Part shown: in pieces, positions 23,615-35,843 of the stretch
How positions within the stretch are numbered: position 1 is the first letter of the stretch
Layout: each line of letters opens with the position of its first letter
Assembly (NCBI GenBank): GCA_003427395.1
Contig: BFEA01000002.1
Location: 6,530,730-6,587,022, forward strand
Length of the DNA: 56,293 bases
From: Chara braunii
Taxonomy: Eukaryota > Plantae > Charophyceae
Reading direction: 5' to 3'
The notes under the pieces: model-generated
What the model saw: only the letters and a program-made list of their open reading frames with translations
Told to the model about the DNA's origin: nothing
The model's database searches: none
Made by a program: the position numbers and the translations under genes

Positions 23615-23729
23615 TCAAAGGTGACTGTGGAGCGGTTGATGTATGGATCCGCTGTTCGGTTGTTTGTGATTTATTACTTCCCTTTCTTCTTCTACCCTGT
23701 GTCTGGGTTTCTGCCTTTGTGCGTGACTC

Positions 23730-26700
23730 CTAGGGAGTGAGAAGCAAGCTATGGAAGGTCGGCGACCAAGGTTGTTTATCCGCTGCCAGGGTCGTGCAGA
23801 ATTCTGCCACGAAATATGCTGACATATTTTCGACGAGTTGGATCTTCTCCGTCTCTTTGGATGAATTGGTGTCCAACCAATTTGGCGGAGCCCAACATAG
23901 CCCTTGTGTGGCCAGCTGCGCTTCTACTTCAGTTGTAATCTTTACATCCGGCACGGTTGTCAGGAACGAGATTGTGACCTGTGGGAGTGTGAAAGACTTC
24001 CTACCCGTACGAATCCTTGGGATAAGTCTGAATGGGAACCTATCTGCTATGAAGCGTTGTGCCTCCAGTCGTATTGCATCCTTCATGAGAGGGACTGCCC
24101 CCACAGATACTGTGGGGAAAGTCCAACCCCCTGTGTTTGTGTTGACTGCCATGATTTTAACCCCTTGCGGAGCTAGCGAGGCACATACTAGGACCAACAC
24201 GTGTGAGGCTTCTCTTAGATCTGAGCCTGCTCGGTCTGGGATTTCCCCTTGCCTTGGGGGCCCTGGTTTTGCTTGTGCTTGCGTTGCTTCCCCACTTCCT
24301 CCTGCTGGTTGGCTGGTTGGTGGACGGATGCTGTAGGATTCTATTATTCCTTCTGCTTCTTCTTGCGTCATTTCTCCCTCTCCTTTCTCTCCTATCCTCC
24401 TTACTTTAACTGGAGCTTGTAGTGAAGTCCGGTTATCAGGATCTCTCATGATCTGGTCAGGGGGAGGGATGTCTCTATCTCCTCCTCTTGCCCTTTCTCT
24501 GTTATTCCTTTCTTGCAGCGTTCTCCCTTCGTCCCACCTTTCCTTCCGATGGCATTCATTGCTCAGGTGTCGATCAAAGCCCAGCATCTCACATGCAATC
24601 CTTTCTTCCCTGCTGCTTTCAATTGCAAATTCTGGATTAAACTGAACTGTCACATAAGACTTTCTAGATCTCTCATGTTTTCCCTGTGTTCCATTTGCCA
24701 TAAGTGCGAGGGACGTCTGAGGCGTGATGTTATTATTAGTCTGCTGGGTGGGCATATTGGTAGGACATCATCTCCCAAGTATCAGGCTGTTTGACTCAAG
24801 TTAGAACCGGACGGTACCACTAGAGCGCCAGTGGTAGTACTTCTTGATCACCCTGTCCCTAGCACCTGGGCGCCTTCCCTCCCCCCTAATTGTGGTTGAC
24901 CGGTTGGAAGTACCTGATTATACTCGTGCCATCCATTCGTTTCCTGCCCACCAACAACTCCTGTTGGGAGACTACCATCTCGAGACCAACCCCCTACCCT
25001 AGCAGCCTCAACGTTCTGACCAGAATTTGCCACCACTCGCTGTCCCCTCCCCGGTGTTAAAGCTCTTGGTTCTTGGACCCCTATGGGGCCTTGCAATCTG
25101 TTTAGCCCTGTCCAGGCCTGCCCGTGCTCAGAAGTTGTCAGTAGTTGGATCTGAAGTACGTGAGAGAAGCTTTGATTCGACCAGGGATGTCGTGGCAAGG
25201 TCTGTTGCCGAGCGGGGCTGGATTGGATGATCGGATTCGGTATGGTTGGTGGCGGCGGATGTCAAATCCCTCTCCCTATTGAAAGCGCCGCTGACCATGC
25301 CGTTTGTGCAGATGAGATCGGGACTGACGTGTGTCGAGGTTTTGCTACCTGTTGTACTACCTGGTGAGGATGTACATTATGCATGCTTGGAATTGACGAG
25401 AACGGGGGTGGAGCCGAGGCCCAACCTACTGCTCTCTCTTGTACCAAGGAGGGGGGGGGGAGCTTCCGTATATTACCATCGGTAGTGAGGGGGCAGGGGG
25501 TTGGTTCTGCGGAACTTGCCCTCTACCTCCTCTTCCCCCCCGCCCTAGGTAACAGAAATGTCTTCCCCCTCTTCTACCTCCTCCCCCTCTCCCCCTCTCC
25601 CCCTTCCTCCCCTTCCTCTTCCTCGATGGCCTTCTGACACCGGTTCATTGAACCTTGGGCATTTCAGATCGAATTCATCATGAAACCACCACAAACATTT
25701 ATTACAAAATATCGTGTCCTGGTTTGCGAATTGCACCTCCAGCCAACCCCCCGTAGGTTTCCTCACCACAATTCATTCCTTGAAATTATCTCTTACCTTC
25801 GAGAGACAGTCAATCCTGATGTTACCTAATCGGGGCTCGTCAGCCCTTCTCTCCGGTCACGGTGGGTGCACGTGCAGAATCCACCCCATCATTTTTTCGA
25901 CTGTGAAATGTAGAGCTGGTAGGGCTTCCAGGGGAACCGTGAGAGCAATAATCTGAAATTTCCCTGCCCCTTCATTATCCCGCATTTCATCAATTTCTTG
26001 CTTCGTCATCCGTGGTTTAAATATGACCTTGACTGACCCTGACCTTGTAGGGATCCTGTCTTCGCCCTTCATCACCATCCATTGTGCTATCCATTCGTTT
26101 CTTGCCATGTCCGACATAATGTTAGGCCCTTCCCCATGTGTTCTCCCTCTTTTTTGTGACGGGTCAACGATCAGGTCTAAATACCACTCATCTTCGTAAA
26201 TTCGAATGAGGTGCTCACTCTGTGCGATGCTAATTGATGATGATGGCTCATCAAATACCACTATGACTGTGCGGGACTTCAACCAGTTGATTGTTGCTTG
26301 GTTGACCTCCTCACTCAGCAGTAGCACTCCCACCTCGTTGATGATCTCTGTCTCCCCAAAATGGATATCCAATTCTGGAAAGAGGCCATCATCAGAACAC
26401 AGATCCAATAGGGAATTGTTCGCAAGTCTTCTCCCCCTTGGTTGATTCCTGCTGCCTGCCCTTGCCCTCCCGGAGGCCCTGCCGGGGGGGGGCGCTCAAT
26501 ACTTGGGTTAGGATTCGTTTCTTCTTTTTCCTCTACGCCTCGAGCCTTTCAGCCTTCTCAGCCCTTCTCTTTCAGACTTGGTCAGATAATTAATAAATCA
26601 AGGGAGGCGGTGTTAAAATTACCAAACCTTTGAATTCTGATGGGATGCCCAGGATTCTTTCCCCTCTCTTCTCTACTCTTTTACTACGTGTTCGTCTCAA

Positions 26701-27552
26701 TTACCAGGGTGAATCCAATTCTCTTAAACCACCCAGCTATCGGCCGCGAAAAAAAAAAGAGTAGAAACATTTCTAGTCAGATGAATTTGGGCGCTCCTGT
26801 AGTAGCCCGTACGTTTCTTAAAATCGTGGCGCGTTAATGGGCACGACTCTAGGAAGTACTGTTGGTTTAATTTGGACATACGATGAACCCTTACCAACCG
26901 AGGGTTTCCTCTGATTGCATGCCCTCTTGGGACGAAAAGCCTTCACTACAAGGGCTCGACGAGATAACTTCTCCCAAGACTTAGCGAATTGCCTTAACCT
27001 GTTTATAGGTTGTCTTGATCCACGGTCTTCCGTCTATCTCTATTTCATTCATTACCCCCAAGCTTTGACCTACTCTTTAGATTACTCAGCGATTAGAAGT
27101 TCGGTAGACCTAGCAATGGTGTAGGTTTCTACTTGGTGGAGGTAAGTCCTTAGTTCTCATCCAGGGACTGAGGGCCTGAGGGTGGGATGGGGTTACCCTT
27201 CTTGACTGGCACAAAGTCGTCCATGAAGCGGCGACCGTCGAGTGAGCCTGTCCCTTCTTCCTTTCGTCGATCTTGGCCTCGTCCGCCGCTGAATGTCCTA
27301 ATGGTCTGCTAGAACGCATCGGGGACATGGGCGCTATTCCACGCCACGTCCTGGAGCACATATTCCTTATCATTGAAAGAGTTCTTCTACTCTCTACTGC
27401 TGGCTCACCTCCATTGTCCCTCCTTCGTTGGAGGAGATTGACACCGCCATAGCCGGGGGAAGCTTCAGTGACACGTGACTCACGCCACGTGCCTGGTCCC
27501 GAGTCAGCAACACAGGTCCAGCCGAACCGCTAACGCTTAGCGGAGTGCTCAT
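23730..27552 (-). pseudogene. LINE-A ORF1 (L1-like: RRM/DUF4283-like region, zinc knuckle, extra C-terminal domain); disrupted
   Basis: WLKSRTVIVVF...KVIFKPRMT...IALTVPL aligns with LINE-B WLKERTVTIMF...KILFKPWMT...TALQIPL. CNKCLWWFHDEFDLKC knuckle. Lies directly upstream of APE. 5' start uncertain. Confidence 0.75.
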
Positions 27553-27602
27553 GCGCCCATCCAAGCGCCCGTCCCCCCTTTCCTTTTTAGTTTCCCTTTT
27601 GT

Positions 27603-27796
27603 GGGGTAACCACGCTGGAGTCACAAAAATGAGTTATAATTGCACTATGGGCCAAGANACAGTTTGCAATTGCACTTCGGGCACCCTACCTGGTCAGAAA
27701 GCTGGGTTGTATACCTTGCCCGAACTGCAATTGCAAACTGTATCCTGGCCCATACTTCAATTATAACTCTTTTTTGTGACTCGGCGTACTTTTCCC
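27603..27796. mobile_element. Palindromic MITE-like element, copy 1
   Basis: GAGTCACAAAAATGAGTTATAATTG... pairs with ...CAATTATAACTCTTTTTTGTGACTC. Three more copies nearby. Confidence 0.75.
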
Positions 27797-28056
27797 TTCG
27801 TTTGTTTTCAGCTGTAGTTAGTTTTTTTTTTTTTTTTTTTTTTTAGGGTAATGTATATTCTTCTCTCATCTATTTCATCTTTCTTGGTAGTACACATCTA
27901 TCTCATCCTCTCACTAGTCTATGTATAGTACGGGGGAACACCAACCAACCCGGATCTCTGGTTGTGTTTGTTTCCCTTTCAATTGCAGTCAGGGCCTCGC
28001 TCCACCACTCACCGAATGTGAGAATGAATCTTTGCCCAGAACCTGGAATGATACCA

Positions 28057-28400
28057 GCGGCCCGGCTCAGTTGGTAAGGCACGCAAGTGGTATAATTAAG
28101 GAGGTCGTGGGTTCAATCCCTTTCCTGGGCAGGCTTGGCGCCCCCCACCTAGAGATAGGCTGTTGGTCCCTCCGAGCAGCATTGAGCAGAGACTGCTAAT
28201 GTTCGTAGGGGGAGGGAACGGGAGGGGAGGCACAGCAGCTGGCCCATCGAAGAAGCTCAGTCTTGATGCTACCAGCTGACCTTTGTCCAGTATCGCCCAC
28301 CTGCAGGTTGGGTGCAGCCCCCCCATGCTCCCTCGTTGGAGGCTTGAACTCGGGCTGGCTGCTACGGGGATCCCCGTAATACTATAATGATAATAAAAAG
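28057..28400 (+). mobile_element. tRNA-derived SINE-like element
   Basis: A box CGGCTCAGTTGG, B box GGTTCAATCCC (28110-28120). Body 28260-28378 recurs inverted at ~29811-29915. Confidence 0.62.
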
Positions 28401-28627
28401 GCTGCAAGGCCATCCTGTCCAGATTGGACACATATTTTTGTCATTGTTGGTTATGGTTGGTGAACTGCAATATGGAATGGGGAGAATGCAGGGTACTGAG
28501 TCTGGTTGGTCTGACAGGCTGACATGCAGGCGGCCAGGAAGTTTCTTTTCCCTTTTTCTTCTTCTAGTTAACTAATTAATCACAGCTCAGAAAAAAAAAG
28601 AGTCACCCCTTGAGCGTGAAAAAAAAA

Positions 28628-28818
28628 GGGGACGGAAGCCGCAAAAGTGAGTTATAATTGCACTATGGGCCAAGATACAGTTTTGAATTGCAGTTCGCGC
28701 AATGTATACAACGCAGCTTTCTGGCCAGGTAGGGTGCCTGAAGTGCAATTGCGAACTGTATCTTGCCCACAGGGCAATTATAACTCGTTTTTGTGGCTCT
28801 ACTGAAGTTACCCCCCCC
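28628..28818. mobile_element. Palindromic MITE-like element, copy 2
   Basis: Same GAGTTATAATTGCACTATGGGCCAAGATACAG family with both arms. Confidence 0.72.
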
Positions 28819-28958
28819 ACACACACCACAAAAAAAAAAAAAGAGCATGGTCCCACTAGCACTGGTACGGTCGATCCAGTGTGACACTGTGACACTGTGT
28901 GGCAGGATTGCCGATTTTGGGGCAGAGAAAACAGGAGAAAGGCAAAAAAAAAAAAAAG

Positions 28959-29101
28959 GGGGGAAACTACGCCCGAGTCACAAAACTGAGTTATAATTGC
29001 ACTATGGGGCAAGATACAGTTTCGAATTGCAGTTCGGGCAATCTATACAACCCAGCTTTCTGGCCAGGTAGGCTGCCCGAAGTGCAATTGCAAACTGTAT
29101 C
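28959..29101. mobile_element. Palindromic MITE-like element, copy 3 (truncated)
   Basis: Same family; right arm missing. Confidence 0.68.
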
Positions 29102-29810
29102 AGATCAGATCAGAAATTCTCTGATGTCAGACATCCCTACAACAGTGAAAACAGTAACTGCCACCCTGTGCCTGCACTTATCAGCACCCCTATAAAAAAA
29201 AAAGACTCCAAAGAGCGCCTGAAGTACCCATGCGACGGGGCTCGTACAACTATGCTTCGACTAGGGCTGAGCAGCGTAAGTGGGACTCTGCTTAGGCCTG
29301 GTACCTGCAACTGCCGTCCAGTCAAGGTCGCCCCTGAGTGGGTGATAATCCTGAGTGGTAGACACTGAGGTAGGATGGTAGAAGTAGGGGTGCGCCGGGG
29401 AGAAATTACGAGAGTGGAAGGTTGGGAGGGAGTCTCAGGGGCCCTCTATCCACTGTCCGATAAACCACATGGCCGAGTGCGGAAGGTGAATGTCATATGT
29501 CCAGAATCCGACCACTACAACAACTTGGCGCTCCAATGACAGTACCCACCTGGGTCCATACCGGACCTCTATAACAACCTGGGCTTTTTTAAAAATAGGT
29601 ATTAAAAAAAAAAAACAAAAAAAACCTGGGCTTTATAAATGGAAAAAAAAGGAAAAAAAAAGAAAAAGAAAGAAATGACTCAAAAGAGGCTTTTGTTAGA
29701 AGTGATCATAACGCCCTCCATGTTCTGTGTGTTTTTTTTGTTCTCCGGATTTCACCTCAGACTACCTACCTACCTACCACTACTTCTAATTATACTAGTC
29801 ATACTGGGAA

Positions 29811-29915
29811 CCCCGTAGCAGCCAGAACCATATTCACGAGAGAGCATGGGGGGGGCTGCTCCTGACCTGCAGGTGGGCGATAGCGGTCAGGGGACAGCTG
29901 GTAGCATCAGGGACT
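29811..29915 (-). repeat. Inverted copy of the SINE-like body
   Basis: Reverse complement matches GATGCTACCAGCTG...TATCGCCCACCTGCAGG...CCCCCCATGCTC...CTGGCTGCTACGGGG at 28260-28378. Confidence 0.7.
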
Positions 29916-30182
29916 CGGACCATGCCAGCAGGACCAATAGTGCTTCAACCAATGAGATTATTGAACAAAAATAGGAAAAATAAAAACAAAAAACAAAGTA
30001 GGAAAATCACTGAAAATCTTCCATCCCATGGGGGTATGCCCAAGCCCACGTCTCTTTGGGGTTGGGAATTCGCCCAACCCGATAGAGCAAATTTCGGTGG
30101 GAAGCTCCCTTTGCACCCGCATGCCCAGGAGGGGAACTAAGATCTCTTTCATTTTTTCGGTAAATAAAAAAAATTAAAAAAA

Positions 30183-30222
<40 letters not shown>

Positions 30223-30508
30223 CATGTAAAACACTGCCTGTGGGATCACAGGTAAATTGCAGGGCAGGGCAGATTTGGGTCGCTCTACTGCCACACAAAC
30301 TTTTTCTATCCTTGCCCTTTGCTAATGGGACTACAGCCCTTGCGAACTTTTACAGTGCTGCCAGGCACAGAGCCCATTAGGCACCACCTTGAAGAGAGAA
30401 AAAGACAAAACCCAAAACAAGAAAAGGGAGAAAAGGGCAGCTGGGCCCGGTTCCCAGCACCTGTTGCTCCCCACGAATAGACTGGAGCATTTGTAGCCAA
30501 AAAAAGCA

Positions 30509-30661
30509 GGGGAAACTACGTGGGAGTCACAAAAACGAGTTATAATTGCGCTATGGGCCAAGATACAGTTTGGAATTGCAGTTCGGGCAATGTATACAAC
30601 CTAGGTTTCTGGCCAGGTAAGGTAGGGTGCCTGAAGTGCAATTGCAAACTGTATCTTGCCC
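30509..30661. mobile_element. Palindromic MITE-like element, copy 4 (truncated)
   Basis: Same family. Confidence 0.68.
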
Positions 30662-31712
30662 CACCCAAAAGTGCACTTGTAAAAAAAAAGAAAAAAAAAA
30701 AGAAGAAAAGGAAAGGGAGAAAAGGGGGTCTTTTGTTTTTTGTTTAAAAAAAAAAAAAAAAAGGATGCCATCCTGGAACTGGTATTGTATACAGATTGCA
30801 GAATGACAACACATCAAACGCAGGTCAACATACAAAATAGGCTCAAAAGTACACCTGGCCGGAGAGCCTGGCTCATCCCCTCAGGCCGGGGCTAATGATG
30901 CGAGGGACGCTGGGCCCGTTTCCCAGCATATAATGAAATCTTCCTTTTTCAGAAGAAAAAAAAAAGCCCTAGGATACCATCCTGGAACTGACCATCCCGA
31001 GGTAATTCAGTAGGTCGTCCAACGGGTTCGAACTCACGTCTGTGTTTCATTTTTTAATTTTATTTTATAAAAGATTGTACACCTTGAAGGTAGGGCGGTT
31101 GGCATTTCATCTCAAAAGGGCAGGTTGGTACCAACCCACCTCATCTCAGGGATAACGGCTAAGAGCATCCCGCACAGGTAGACCTTTAGGTACCCAGTCG
31201 CACAGGCGTCACCCCTCGTCCCCCTGAGGTGCTGCGAGCAGCCCGACCGTTCTCATCAGGAACCGCCTACTCCCAACGGGTCCAATTTGATTGGGCCATC
31301 CCCCCAAGGGGTGCCTGACCCTACAGTTCATAGGTGTACCAACTGAGCCAGGGCTGTCGGCTGAGCAGAACACTCATGCGCACCCAATTTAGATAGGCCC
31401 CTCTAAACAGCTGCTGCTGGTGGCCAGCCAAAACTAGTTCGGTCCATGGCGCCTGTTCATCATTGTAATTTTTTTTTGAATTGAAGTGTGGTAGCAGAAG
31501 AAGACCAAGGTCAAATCGCTGACTTCAGAATCAATAAGCATCAAAGGAGACATTTTATATCCTCGTGTACTTCATCTTCTTTCCGCCGTCTTGCATCTTT
31601 CTCAGCTTTCTTTTCTTCTCTTCCTCCTCTCTCTCTCTGTGCTTGGTGTTTGTCCACTTGTCATCAGTCTTTCTGAATGCAAGTTATGGTGTGGACTCTC
31701 ACTTGGAGCCTC

Positions 31713-31809
31713 GTTGCACTACTCGCCATCCACCAACATTTTGATTGCATCTGGACATTGTTTTTGTTCAGATGCATTCGAAATCTTGGCAGATGGCGAG
31801 TAGTGCAAC
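31713..31809. other. ~97-nt long hairpin (pre-miRNA-like inverted repeat)
   Basis: GTTGCACTACTCGCCATC (31713-31730) is the exact reverse complement of 31792-31809. Inner arms 31733-31757 and 31765-31789 pair with a few mismatches. 7-nt loop. Confidence 0.55.
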
Positions 31810-32533
31810 TAGGGGCATCGTTCTACACTCGTCGGGCGCGTAAATCCCCCGAGGAAATCATCATTCCACTTATCCTTGGGGAAGAAATTGAAAAAAAAAA
31901 GCGAAAACATTTCCTCGGGGATTCCTCGGGCTACAGCCATTTCGACGCGTTCCCCAAGGGACCTCCCGAGGTCCCTTGGAGGTCGAGCATCCGGAAGAAT
32001 CGGGGCGTCGACGGCAGCTCTGTCGACGACAATTTTCGACGCGGCTGGTCCATTGCTGTTCCTGGCAGCCCGTGGACGGACATCTTCGGTCGGCAACTGT
32101 CGGCGTCATGGAATTGTCCGCCAACGGTCCCCTTTGGCGGCCTGCCGGCCTCCGCGACGTCGAAAAGGGGCTGCCTTGCGTCGCTGCCCTTGGCCCCGAG
32201 CGGGAAGGCGCCCAACGGTCGGCAGATTCGAATACTTCAGCCGGCCCCCGCGGTCCCCATTGCACAGTGTCTTCCGCGACGGAATACGTCACCCTGCTTT
32301 TGTCGATAGCTGCGATCGGCCGTTTGCACCACTGTCCCTCGCCGTTTCCTGAACATCCACCGTTGTCTTCTAGCTGCTGCCGTCGTCCACGTGCCTTTCA
32401 TGTCTTTCAGAGGCTGCCGCTGCTGGTGTTGGTTGTCCTCTTGCTCCTCCTCTTAGTTCTCTTCCACATGTGCATCCTCGGCAGTGTTCCGCGACGTGCC
32501 AGCAAAAGACGGTCTTTGAAGAAGGACGTCAGG

Positions 32534-34362
32534 ATGGAGGGGCGCCAGGCGAACTGCAGGTCTGCAGGGGAGCAGGGTGGTGGCCAACGGGCTGGGCAGA
32601 GCCTGTCGAGGAGTTCAGGGCCGTCGGAGCGGTCTGGGTAGTAGGCGCACCTGCCACCGCACTTGCAACCTCTGTCGGACATGTCCAACGAGGGGGCGGA
32701 TGACAGACGGTCACAGACCGTGCCGCTGGGAAGCGGGTCCACCCAGGAGTGGGTGGCTACAAAGCTGTGTGGAATCCGCGACGGCGGTTTTGCCAGTCCT
32801 ACACCGAACTCCTCCAGCAGGGGCTCAGCGGCGACGAAGGCGATGGCGGCATGAATCTGTCCTTCGGGCTGTGTAGCGGGAGGTCATCGGCCGCCTCGCG
32901 AACGGTTATCGTCACCCCCCATCTCGACGACGACGGCGGGCAAGTAATGGTTGTTGTGCGATCATTGAAGTCTCCAGCGCCGGTCTTGGAGGCGTCGGGG
33001 AACAACAAGGATCCTCCGAGGCAGCAATTTCGGTCGCCGTCTGTGTCGAGGGGTGCCTCCGGTCACCCCCAGTGGATGTAGTCTGTGTCTCCCCTGTCCG
33101 TCGGTTCGAATGCAGCCCGCAATCGTGGCGAGTGCACGGAGACGGATTGTGGCATCGCCGATCTTGGTGATGCACGTGACAGGAGGGAGGTGTGGGCAGA
33201 ACACTGACGGGGGCTGCGGTCGGGGCGGGAGGAATCCATAACTCGGGGGGTGCAGCGACTGCATGTGGGGGAGTAGGAAAACGATGGCGACGCAGCAGTG
33301 GTGGACGCGGACGATCAGGAGTGGAACGACAACGACGGTGAAGCTGGGGAGGAGGACGCAGGCTACGTTTTACCGTTCAAGCAAAGCAGCATGGGAGGGA
33401 GGGGCGGGAAGACGAAGGCGTGTGCCCGCAATGGTCGTTGGGAAAAAAAAGCGGCGGGGAAGGGGAGCGATGCCAAAGTTGACTTTGATGCGGAAGGAGG
33501 TCGTCATTTCTGGTCCGTCGATGACATTATAGCCCTCATCCGGGCTAAACGTGACCAGGATGCGCATCTGCAGGGGATGGGTCACACCTACGCTCGGATG
33601 AAGCCGCGAGAATGGAAGTGGTTGGATGTGGCGCAAAGGTTGAAGAAGGTGGGCGTGGACAAAGACGCAGATCCGATTCGGTTCGGGAAGAAGTGACACA
33701 ATTTGATGCAGTAGTTCAAGAAGGTGCATCACTTCCAAGGCTTGTGCGGGAAACGAAACTTTTTTCCAATTCTCTGGGAAGGAGAGGACGTCGAAGGGCT
33801 TCAATTTCAACATGGATCGTGCAGTTTACAACGAGATACAGGGGTCGAGAACGACGATTTGGCAGCGTATCAGGAGGCGAGCATCCAACGACTGGTGGGG
33901 ACTTTCACGAGCGTGGTGAGCATGGCGGAGGGGATCGAAGGCGGGCGGGTGTCGTACAAAAGGTTGAAGAACGTTGCCGACGCGATGAAGATCATGCTCT
34001 CTGCGACCATCTGACTCATGCGGATGAGTGGGGACGATCATCACGCGCATTACGACGTATGGGTTTTCGTCCAACTGACGGCCAAGCCAACGCTCATTGC
34101 ATCCATACATCGGTCATTTGACGCGCAGTGCCATATCGTGCAAGTTGTGACCGTCATCACGGACAAGTTAGCGAAACCCTCCATGACTTTGGTAGCCCCT
34201 CCATTGTACATCCCCGACTGGGCGTCAATTGGCGTGAAGTTCTCACATGACGCCACGTTGTCTTCCCCCATGGACACGAAGAAGCTGGATTGGTCGAGCA
34301 CAAGCCCCGCGGAAGAGGAAGACGACGACAAAGCCGACGACGGAGGCAGCGGAGGGGGTTGA
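32534..34362 (+). pseudogene. Harbinger Myb/SANT (trihelix-like) DNA-binding protein; disrupted
   Basis: HFWSVDDIIALIRAKRDQD...REWKWLDVAQRLKKVGVD...GKK*HNLMQ*FKKV trihelix pattern at ~33505-33730. Ends approximate. Confidence 0.78.
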
Positions 34363-35843
34363 TGACGCGTTCATGGCGCCCGTCTTCGACGTCGCCATCG
34401 TAGGGTGGGATAGGGGGGTCGTCATTTGATGACGTGTTCATGGCGCCCGTATTCGACGTTGAAGACGGTGACGTGGGATGGGGGACCGGAGGGGGTTGCG
34501 TCGTGCATGTGCGTGTTTGTCGTGCTTGTTGTTTCCTCTCGCGCGGTGTTGCTCTGCCGTCACTTGGTTGAAGACGACTCACCCATCGTTATGTCCGGGT
34601 GTACATATGTCATGGGGGTTTGTACGGCATGGGGAGGCTTTCCAATTCCGTTCGCCTATTGTGGCCATGTGTCTTTCGTGTCGCTGTACTGTCCATAGGT
34701 AGCACTCCGATTTTGTAGCTCGCGTCGTGTGCTCGCCAACATGTGGGATGGTCGTGGCAGTGGCGGGAAGGTAGGTTCTCGACAACGAGTCTTTGGTGGT
34801 GTAGAGGGGAGAGATGGAAGACGGGGGAGATGGAAGAAGGGGGGGGGGGGTTCGTTTCAAACATGCTTGGGGNNNNNNNNNNNNNNNNNNNNNNNNNNNN
34901 NNNNNNNNNNNNNNNNNNNNNNNNNNNNNNNNNNNNNNNNNNNNNNNNNNNNNNNNNNNNNNNNNNNNNNNNNNNNNNNNNNNNNNNNNNNNNNNNNNNN
35001 NNNNNNNNNNNNNNNNNNNNNNNNNGGGGAGTGGGGGTGGGTTTGGTGATCATATAATGGGAGTGGACATTCCCGTGATGGTGATCATCATTATGGTGGA
35101 TCGGTTGTCATAGGGGTGTTTCATGAACCTTTCGTTTTTAATTTTTTTTTTTTTATGGAACATGGAAAATCGATGTTCGCATCTCTTAAAGCGAACATCT
35201 TATTGTGTTGATTGATATTGATGATGTCTAAAGCTCGTTGTCGCTTCCATTTTATTCCGCTTTCATTTGCATTCACGAATGTTATGGTAAGGGGGATGGA
35301 AATGGGCCAGAGATGCTTGCTTGAACCGATGGATGATGACAAAGTGAGGGATGTTCATACACAGCATTGCAAATGTGAGAAGGAAAGAAGGCAATAGAAA
35401 CGACACACATAAGGTCGTGCAGTTGTTTTCTTTTCATTCGTCGACAAATAAGAAGACAAGTCACGCAATATAAATAATTGACATGATATGTTGTTACATT
35501 GTTGTCACTCGTAGTAAAAGCAAAAGACGACACACTTTGCAAAAAAAAACCTTTATGGCAACTTCAATCCCAACGTCCAAAAAACAGAACACGCACCCCC
35601 GTAATCAACTCCGACACCCAGACACGTCACCCACGGTGACAGCATACTACACGACAACTACGATCGGCACGTGCACGCGGGACGGCACACACAACAACGG
35701 CAATGCAAACGACCACCCCATCAAGGACAAGACGCCTCCCTCGTCATCCGCTCCTATTTCTCGCCTGCTCCCCGCGTCGTGTGCTCCGATTTCTTGCCGC
35801 GGCCACGTCATCGCAGCCACCTGCTCCACGTGCCTGCCCGTGT

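Noticed and set aside
31240-31265. Minus-strand CTGATGAG
   Set aside because: No GAAA or stems at suitable spacing.
31765-31801. Possible micro-exon ttcag|ATGCATTCGAAATCTTGGCAGATG|gcgagt encoding AFEILAD (J-domain-like)
   Set aside because: It is the 3' arm of the long hairpin, needs a GC donor, and no other J-domain exons (e.g. HPD) were found.
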